From Utricularia gibba (lineage: Eukaryota > Plantae > Magnoliophyta), in assembly GCA_002189035.1 (NCBI GenBank), contig NEEC01000187.1, forward strand, positions 1 through 24,641: a stretch of 24,641 nucleotides of DNA, given 5' to 3'. The stretch's first letter is position 1. Every line of letters starts with the position of its first letter. Below are positions 1-8,147 of this stretch, in pieces. A model generated the notes under the pieces. The model saw only the letters and a program-made list of their open reading frames with translations, was not told where the DNA came from and ran no database searches. A program made the translations under genes and the position numbers.

Positions 1-875
1 AAAATATAAATAATGTAAATACGTTAGTTATTAAAGCATATACTACATGTGAAAGTTTCTTAGTTTTTAATTTTATTAGCATTCGACCCTTAGTTATACT
101 TTGGATGGAGTGTGCATTTTTATTTTAATCATTTTAATTAGCATTCGATCCTTGGTTAAGATTCCAATCGAGTGTATATTTTTTATTTGAACGATTCTAT
201 TTGCATTCGATTCTAAGATATGATGCGGATCGAGCGTATATTTTTTATTTTAATATTTTTTATTGGCTTTCGGTCTTTAGACATGATTCGGATCGAGTGG
301 AGATGGTTTACTTGAAACTTGTGTTAACGCTCGATCCTTAGGAGCAATGTGGAGCGTGTTTACATTGCAAGGGCACACGGGCGTGGTTGTGCGTAAACAC
401 GCCCGTGTGGCATGCATTGTAATGTATGGCACACGTTCTAAATTGCTCCTAACGGTGGAACGCTAATTAAGATTTAAAATAAATGAATATGCACTCGATC
501 CAAAGTATACCTAAGGATCTAAGGCTAATAAAAATATGAGAGTGAAAAATATACGCTCGATCCGCAGCATACCTAACGTTCGAATGCTAATAAAAATATT
601 AAAATAAAAAATACGCGCTCGATCCGCATTATACTTAAGGATCGAATGATAATAAAAATATTTAAAGTAAAAAAATAGCAAATATGATCTGAATCATAAC
701 CAAGGATCGAATGCTAATTAAATTGACTAAAGTAAAAATACACACTCCATCCAAAGTACAACTGAGGATCAAATGGTAATAATTAAGTCAAAGAAGCTTT
801 CACAGTTATCCTACGGTTTAATAAATAATGTATTTCAATTATTTATAATTTAATAAACCTATATCATATGATTAT
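1..875. mobile_element. Foldback (long inverted-repeat) element with modular arms, unit 1 (leftmost ~24 bp outside window)
   Basis: The arms are reverse complements along their length, including perfect blocks 97-114/741-758 (18 bp) and 133-158/697-722 (26 bp). Arms consist of ~62-bp modules and the apex hairpin is at 374-409. The inverted repeat is seen directly. A transposon origin (Foldback/MULE-type non-autonomous element) is inferred from the architecture; no TSD is visible. Confidence 0.7.
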
Positions 876-878
876 GAT

Positions 879-1034
879 TAGAGATGGGCCTGGTTGGATC
901 CATTCAGGTTCGGACCCAACCCGATGAAATTCTGGGTATTACAGTTTGCATGACCCATGGGGTTGTCTTTCTGTTCAACCCGAACGGGTTAAACCCTACG
1001 GGTTTTGATTGGGCCCGAACCGAACCAAGGGTTT
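879..1034 (+). mobile_element. Possible single end of a hAT-family DNA transposon (unit 1; repeated in every unit)
   Basis: Starts TAGAGATGGGC, resembling the Ac-type terminus TAGGGATGAAA, and is followed by clustered ACCCG/CGGGT/CCGAAC motifs typical of plant hAT subterminal regions. No matching opposite end was found, so this is a resemblance only. Confidence 0.4.
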
Positions 1035-1206
1035 ATCAATTTTATTTTTTATTTTTGGCTTATTGTATTTTATGGTTGTTTTTCTTTTTTTCCACGGCCG
1101 TATGGCCTTGTGGCTGCTGCTCGAGCACGCGGGCATTAACCAAGCCCATGTGGCCTCGTGGTGCTGCTGCGTATGCACACGGGCTGGGGGTCGCGCCGGG
1201 CATGAG

Positions 1207-2041
1207 CCAAAGTCAGTTTTAGCCCGGCGAAAAAAGGGATGCATTTCTTAGCGTTGGGTTATCACGAGCCGCCTAATTTTTTTTCGTGGAACACCATCTA
1301 GTTTTGTGGGGGGGCGCTCTCGAGGGGCCCTTGGCTTGGGCCCCGGGTTCGGTCTGGCTGATGAGCCCACTCTGGTCCCACTCGGCGAAAATCGTGACAC
1401 ATTTGTTGAAATTAGGATGTCACGTGCACCCAACACGGTTTTTTCAACAACACGCTTTATACTTGTGGAGACGCTCTCGGGGGGCACTCGAATCTTCCCA
1501 TACGTCGTACCAGGCTCGAGCGTAAAGTCATTGTAGCCCGGCAAAGAAAGTGATGCATTTTATTACTTTGGGTTGTCACGAGCCGCCTAAATGGTTTTCC
1601 ATGGAACACCTTCTAGTTTTGGGGGGGAGGGGAGCGGGCGCTGCGCCTCGTCCGGGCCCCGGGAGCCCGGTCCCGTCCGACTCGACGAAAATCGTGATGC
1701 ATTTGTTGAAGTTAGGATGTCACGAGAACCGCACACGTTTTTTTCAACAACACACTTTATACTTAAGGAGGAGCTCTCGGGGGGCACCCTGATCGGCCGG
1801 AGGTCGTGCCGAACTCGGGCCCAAAGTCAGCAGTAGCGCGCCAAAAAAAGTGATGCATTTATTAACGTTGGGTTGTGACGAGACGCGTATATGGTTTTTG
1901 AAGGAACACCTCCTCGTATTGAGGCGGGCGCTCTCGAGGGGCCCTTGGCCCGGGCCCCGGGTTCGGACGGGCTCATGGGCCCACTCGACGAAAATCATGA
2001 TGCATTTGTTGAAATTGGGATGTCACGTGCACCCCACATTT
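1207..2041. repeat. GC-rich subrepeat block: six ~145-160-bp monomers forming three ~300-bp dimers (unit 1)
   Basis: The core GA(T/C)(G/A)CATTT-TT-A--TT-GG-T(G/A)T(C/G)ACG starts at 1238, 1396, 1552, 1696, 1852 and 1999. Odd monomers resemble each other, as do even monomers. Confidence 0.9.
1621..1638 (+). other. Potential G-quadruplex motif in GC monomer 3 (one per unit)
   Basis: GGGGGGGAGGGGAGCGGG parses as GGG-G-GGG-A-GGGG-AGC-GGG. This is a pattern match only, and some copies have six rather than seven leading G. Confidence 0.4.
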
Positions 2042-2283
2042 GTTGAGCGAGGACGGCCAATTTTAGAGACTCGATGGGCCATTCTTCGATCAGCGTCCTA
2101 CTATCTAGTTCAAACTCAAAGTCACATTATTCTTGCACAATTTCGTATGAATGAATATGGGATATGATCCGTTGGAAGCCAAGTGTTAGAGAATTTTACT
2201 GAATCTGCTGAGCAAGGGGTTGTGAGTTCATAGCTGTTGAAACCTCTCCAGGGTGGTGTTGGCGTGATGAGCTTTCTACAATG
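2042..2283 (+). pseudogene. PIF/Harbinger transposase (DDE_Tnp_4-like) C-terminal fragment, frameshifted, unit 1
   Basis: Stitching three frames gives VERGRPILETRWAILRSASYYLVQTQSHIILA / LHNFV*MNMGYDPLE... / ...AVETSPGW...WRDELSTM. This is collinear with the plant Harbinger-type pattern I/VERAFGxLKxRWAILRS..Y....Q..II.ACCLLHNF.R..M..DP.E ... VE.S..W..WRD.L...M, recognised from memory with no database search run. Confidence 0.8.
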
Positions 2284-2300
2284 ACAAAAAAAATATTTTT

Positions 2301-3180
2301 ATAATCATGTGATATATGTTTATTAAAATATAAATAATGTAAATACGTTAGTTATTAAAGCATATACTACATGTGAAAGTTTCTTAGTTTTTAATTTTAT
2401 TAGCATTCGACCCTTAGTTATACTTTGGATGGAGTGTGCATTTTTATTTTAATCATTTTAATTAGCATTCGATCCTTGGTTAAGATTCCAATCGAGTGTA
2501 TATTTTTTTATTTGAACGATTCTATTTGCATTCGATTCTAAGATATGATGCGGATCGAGCGTATATTTTTTATTTTAATATTTTTATTGGCTTTCGGTCT
2601 TTAGACATGATTCGGATCGAGTGGAGATGGTTTACTTGAAACTTGTGTTAACGCTCGATCCTTAGGAGCAATGTGGAGCGTGTTTACATTGCAAGGGCAC
2701 ACGGGCGTGGGTTGTGCGTAAACCACGCCCATGGCAAATGTAATAAAAACTGCTCCTAACGGTGGAACGCTAATTAAGATTTAAAATAAATGAATATGCA
2801 CTCGATCCAAAGTATACCTAAGGATCTAAGGCTAATAAAAATATGAGAGTGAAAAATATACGCTCGATCCGCAGCATACCTAACGTTCGAATGCTAATAA
2901 AAATATTAAAATAAAAAATACGCGCTCGATCCGCATTATACTTAAGGATCGAATGATAATAAAAATATTTAAAGTAAAAAAATAGCAAATATGATCTGAA
3001 TCATAACCAAGGATCGAATGCTAATTAAATTGACTAAAGTAAAAATACACACTCCATCCAAAGTACAACTGAGGATCAAATGGTAATAATTAAGTCAAAG
3101 AAGCTTTCAGTTATCCTACGGTTTAATAAATAATGTATTTCAATTATTTATAATTTAATAAACCTATATCATATGATTAT
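2301..3180. mobile_element. Foldback element, copy 2
   Basis: ATAATCATGTGATATATGTTTATTA at the left end pairs with TAATAAACCTATATCATATGATTAT at the right end. Confidence 0.7.
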
Positions 3181-3511
3181 GATTAGAGATGGGCCTGGTT
3201 GGATCCATTCAGGTTCGGACCCAACCCGATGAAATTCTGGGTATTACAGTTTGCATGACCCATGGGGTTGTCTTTCTGTTCAACCCGAACGGGTTAAACC
3301 CTACGGGTTTTGATTGGGCCCGAACCGAACCAAGGGTTTATCAATTTTATTTTTTATTTTTGGCTTATTGTATTTTATGGTTGTTTTTCTTTTTTTCCAC
3401 GGCCGTATGGCCTTGTGGCTGCTGCTCGAGCACGCGGGCATTAACCAAGCCCATGTGGCCTCGTGGTGCTGCTGCGTATGCACACGGGCTGGGGGTCGCG
3501 CCGGGCATGAG

Positions 3512-4348
3512 CCCAAAGTCAGTTTTAGCCCGGCGAAAAAAGGGATGCATTTCTTAGCGTTGGGTTATCACGAGCCGCCTAATTTTTTTTCGTGGAACAC
3601 CATCTAGTTTTGTGGGGGGGCGCTCTCGAGGGGCCCTTGGCTTGGGCCCGGGTTCGGTCTGGCTGATGAGCCCACTCTGGTCCCACTCGGCGAAAATCGT
3701 GACACATTTGTTGAAATTAGGATGTCACGTGCACCCAACACGGTTTTTTCAACAACACGCTTTATACTTGTGGAGACGCTCTCGGGGGGCACTCGAATCT
3801 TCCCATACGTCGTACCAGGCTCGAGCGTAAAGTCATTGTAGCCCGGCAAAGAAAGTGATGCATTTATTAACTTTGGGTTGTCACGAGCCGCCTAAATGGT
3901 TTTCCATGGAACACCTTCTAGTTTTGGGGGGGAGGGGAGCGGCGCTGCGCCTCGTCCGGGCCCCGGGAGCCCGGTCCCGTCCGACTCGACGAAAATCGTG
4001 ATGCATTTGTTGAAGTTAGGATGTCACGAGAACCGCACACGGTTTTTTTCAACAACACACTTTATACTTAAGGAGGAGCTCTCGGTGGGGCACCCTGATC
4101 GAGCCGGAGGTCGTGCCGAACTCAGGCCCAAAGTCAGCAGTAGCGCGCCAAAAAAAGTGATGCATTTATTAACGTTGGGTTGTGACGAGACGCGTATATG
4201 GTTTTTGAAGGAACACCTCCTCGTATTGAGGCGGGCGCTCTCGAGGGGCCCTTGGCCCGGGCCCCGGGTTCGGACGGGCTCATGGGCCCACTCGACGAAA
4301 ATCATGATGCATTTGTTGAAATTGGGATGTCACGTGCACCCCACATTT
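3512..4348. repeat. GC-rich subrepeat block, unit 2
   Basis: Copy of 1207-2041. Confidence 0.9.
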
Positions 4349-4597
4349 GTTGAGCGAGGACGGCCAATTTTAGAGACTCGATGGGCCATTCTTCGATCAG
4401 CGTCCTACTATCTAGTTCAAACTCAAAGTCACATTATTCTTGCACAATTTCGTATGAATGAATATGGGATATGATCCGTTGGAAGCCCAAGTGTTAGAGA
4501 ATTTTACTGAATCTGCTGAGCAAGGGGTTGTGAGTTCATAACAGCTGTTGAAACCTCTCCAGGGTGGTGTGCGTGGCGTGATGAGCTTTCTACAATG
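4349..4597 (+). pseudogene. Harbinger transposase fragment, unit 2
   Basis: Copy carrying the same frameshifts and stop. Confidence 0.8.
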
Positions 4598-4614
4598 ACA
4601 AAAAAAATATTTTT

Positions 4615-5500
4615 ATAATCATGTGATATATGTTTATTAAAATATAAATAATGTAAATACGTTAGTTATTAAAGCATATACTACATGTGAAAGTTTCTTA
4701 GTTTTTAATTTTATTAGCATTCGACCCTTAGTTATACTTTGGATGGAGTGTGCATTTTTATTTTAATCATTTTAATTAGCATTCGATCCTTGGTTAAGAT
4801 TCCAATCGAGTGTATATTTTTTATTTGAACGATTCTATTTGCATTCGATTCTAAGATATGATGCGGATCGAGCGTATATTTTTTATTTTAATATTTTTAT
4901 TGGCTTTCGGTCTTTAGACATGATTCGGATCGAGTGGAGATGGTTTACTTGAAACTTGTGTTAACGCTCGATCCTTAGGAGCAATGTGGAGCGTGTTTAC
5001 ATTGCAAGGGCACACGGGCGTGGGTTGTGCGTAAACCACGCCCGTGTGGCATGGCATTGTAATGTATACACGTTCTAAATTGCTCCTAACGGTGGAACGC
5101 TAATTAAGATTTAAAATAAATGAATATGCACTCGATCCAAAGTATACCTAAGGATCTAAGGCTAATAAAAATATGAGAGTGAAAAATATACGCTCGATCC
5201 GCAGCATACCTAACGTTCGAATGCTAATAAAAATATTACGCGCTCGATCCGCATTATACTTAAGGATCGAATGATAATAAAAATATTTAAAGTAAAAAAA
5301 TAGCAAATATGATCTGAATCATAACCAAGGATCGAATGCTAATTAAATTGACTAAAGTAAAAATACACACTCCATCCAAAGTACAACTGAGGATCAAATG
5401 GTAATAATTAAGTCAAAGAAGCTTTCACAGTTATCCTACGGTTTAATAAATAATGTATTTCAATTATTTATAATTTAATAAACCTATATCATATGATTAT
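4615..5500. mobile_element. Foldback element, copy 3
   Basis: Same ends and modules as copy 2. Confidence 0.7.
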
Positions 5501-5831
5501 GATTAGAGATGGGCCTGGGTTGGATCCATTCAGGTTCGGACCCAACCCGATGAAATTCTGGGTATTACAGTTTGCATGACCCATGGGGTTGTCTTTCTGT
5601 TCAACCCGAACGGGTTAAACCCTACGGGTTTTGATTGGGCCCGAACCGAACCAAGGGTTTATCAATTTTATTTTTTATTTTTGGCTTATTGTATTTTATG
5701 GTTGTTTTTCTTTTTTCCACGGCCGTATGGCCTTGTGGCTGCTGCTCGAGCACGCGGGCATTAACCAAGCCCATGTGGCCTCGTGGTGCTGCTGCGTATG
5801 CACACGGGCTGGGGGTCGCGCCGGGCATGAG

Positions 5832-6666
5832 CCCAAAGTCAGTTTTAGCCCGGCGAAAAAAGGGATGCATTTCTTAGCGTTGGGTTATCACGAGCCGCCT
5901 AATTTTTTTTCGTGGAACACCATCTAGTTTTGTGGGGGGGCGCTCTCGAGGGGCCCTTGGCTTGGGCCCCGGGTTCGGTCTGGCTGATGAGCCCACTCTG
6001 GTCCCACTCGGCGAAAATCGTGACACATTTGTTGAAATTAGGATGTCACGTGCACCCAACACGGTTTTTTCAACAACACGCTTTATACTTGTGGAGACGC
6101 TCTCGGGGGGCACTCGAATCTTCCCATACGTCGTACCAGGCTCGAGCGTAAAGTCATTGTAGCCCGGCAAAGAAAGTGATGCATTTATTAACTTTGGGTT
6201 GTCACGAGCCGCCTAAATGGTTTTCCATGGAACACCTTCTAGTTTTGGGGGGGAGGGGAGCGGGCGCTGCGCCTCGTCCGGGCCCGGGAGCCCGGTCCCG
6301 TCCGACTCGACGAAAATCGTGATGCATTTGTTGAAGTTAGGATGTCACGAGAACCGCACACGTTTTTTTCAACAACACACTTTATACTTAAGGAGGAGCT
6401 CTCGGTGGGGCACCCTGATCGGCCGGAGGTCGTGCCGAACTCAGGCCCAAAGTCAGCAGTAGCGCGCCAAAAAAAGTGATGCATTTATTAACGTTGGGTT
6501 GTGACGAGACGCGTATATGGTTTTTGAAGGAACACCTCCTCGTATTGAGGCGGGCGCTCTCGAGGGGCCCTTGGCCCGGGCCCCGGGTTCGGACGGGCTC
6601 ATGGGCCACTCGACGAAAATCATGATGCATTTGTTGAAATTGGGATGTCACGTGCACCCCACATTT
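5832..6666. repeat. GC-rich subrepeat block, unit 3
   Basis: Copy of 1207-2041. Confidence 0.9.
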
Positions 6667-6914
6667 GTTGAGCGAGGACGGCCAATTTTAGAGACTCGAT
6701 GGGCCATTCTTCGATCAGCGTCCTACTATCTAGTTCAAACTCAAAGTCACATTATTCTTGCACAATTTCGTATGAATGAATATGGGATATGATCCGTTGG
6801 AAGCCAAGTGTTAGAGAATTTTACTGAATCTGCTGAGCAAGGGGTTGTGAGTTCATAACAGCTGTTGAAACCTCTCCAGGGTGGTGTGCGTGGCGTGATG
6901 AGCTTTCTACAATG
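6667..6914 (+). pseudogene. Harbinger transposase fragment, unit 3
   Basis: Copy carrying the same frameshifts and stop. Confidence 0.8.
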
Positions 6915-6931
6915 ACAAAAAAAATATTTTT

Positions 6932-7815
6932 ATAATCATGTGATATATGTTTATTAAAATATAAATAATGTAAATACGTTAGTTATTAAAGCATATACTA
7001 CATGTGAAAGTTTCTTAGTTTTTAATTTTATTAGCATTCGACCCTTAGTTATACTTTGGATGGAGTGTGCATTTTTATTTTAATCATTTTAATTAGCATT
7101 CGATCCTTGGTTAAGATTCCAATCGAGTGTATATTTTTTATTTGAACGATTCTATTTGCATTCGATTCTAAGATATGATGCGGATCGAGCGTATATTTTT
7201 TATTTTAATATTTTTATTGGCTTTCGGTCTTTAGACATGATTCGGATCGAGTGGAGATGGTTTACTTGAAACTTGTGTTAACGCTCGATCCTTAGGAGCA
7301 ATGTGGAGCGTGTTTACATTGCAAGGGCACACGGGCGTGGGTTGTGCGTAAACCACGCCCGTGTGGCATGGCATTGTAATGTATACACGTTCTAAATTGC
7401 TCCTAACGGTGGAACGCTAATTAAGATTTAAAATAAATGAATATGCACTCGATCCAAAGTATACCTAAGGATCTAAGGCTAATAAAAATATGAGAGTGAA
7501 AAATATACGCTCGATCCGCAGCATACCTAACGTTCGAATGCTAATAAAAAATACGCGCTCGATCCGCATTATACTTAAGGATCGAATGATAATAAAAATA
7601 TTTAAAGTAAAAAAATAGCAAATATGATCTGAATCATAACCAAGGATCGAATGCTAATTAAATTGACTAAAGTAAAAATACACACTCCATCCAAAGTACA
7701 ACTGAGGATCAAATGGTAATAATTAAGTCAAAGAAGCTTTCACAGTTATCCTACGGTTTAATAAATAATGTATTTCAATTATTTATAATTTAATAAACCT
7801 ATATCATATGATTAT
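6932..7815. mobile_element. Foldback element, copy 4
   Basis: Same ends and modules as copy 2. Confidence 0.7.
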
Positions 7816-8147
7816 GATTAGAGATGGGCCTGGGTTGGATCCATTCAGGTTCGGACCCAACCCGATGAAATTCTGGGTATTACAGTTTGCATGACCCATG
7901 GGGTTGTCTTTCTGTTCAACCCGAACGGGTTAAACCCTACGGGTTTTGATTGGGCCCGAACCGAACCAAGGGTTTATCAATTTTATTTTTTATTTTTGGC
8001 TTATTGTATTTTATGGTTGTTTTTCTTTTTTTCCACGGCCGTATGGCCTTGTGGCTGCTGCTCGAGCACGCGGGCATTAACCAAGCCCATGTGGCCTCGT
8101 GGTGCTGCTGCGTATGCACACGGGCTGGGGGTCGCGCCGGGCATGAG

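Larger units (their letters stand above)
1..2324. repeat. Unit 1 (2,324 bp; phase set arbitrarily by the window start)
   Basis: Anchor-to-anchor distance; many small indels relative to later units. Confidence 0.95.
2325..4638. repeat. Unit 2 (2,314 bp)
   Basis: Anchor-to-anchor distance; shortened and altered just after the hairpin apex (~2731-2750). Confidence 0.95.
4639..6955. repeat. Unit 3 (2,317 bp)
   Basis: Anchor-to-anchor distance; ~13-bp deletion near 5238. Confidence 0.95.

Noticed and set aside
495-772. CRISPR-like array (regularly spaced palindromic repeats)
   Set aside because: The intervening sequences are homologous to one another rather than unique spacers, the repeats are degenerate, they are mirrored in the opposite arm, and no cas genes are present.
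991-1015. Telo-box AAACCCTA next to a site II motif TGGGCC, as in plant ribosomal-protein promoters; also a telomere-like seed
   Set aside because: These are single short motifs inside a CCC/GGG-rich dyad cluster where chance matches are expected. There is no downstream gene and no tandem telomeric repeats.
884-1544. Short ORFs on both strands, including hydrophobic F/L/Y-rich peptides resembling membrane proteins
   Set aside because: They overlap in several frames, the hydrophobicity comes from a T-rich tract, the frames differ between copies, and no domain is recognisable.
2284-2300. A-run after the transposase fragment as a retroposed poly(A) tail
   Set aside because: It is only 8 A, the coding similarity ends abruptly just before it with no 3' UTR, and it is more simply the unpaired outer end of the AT-rich foldback.
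1-2324. 5S or 35S rDNA unit
   Set aside because: I saw no 5S, 5.8S, 18S or 25S sequence and no TATATAGGG initiation motif on either strand. Only a possible spacer origin of the subrepeats is retained as a hypothesis.
1-2324. LTR retrotransposon or Helitron as the repeat unit
   Set aside because: I found no TG...CA LTR pair, PBS, PPT or gag/pol remnant, and no hairpin followed closely by a CTRR end that would mark a Helitron 3' terminus.
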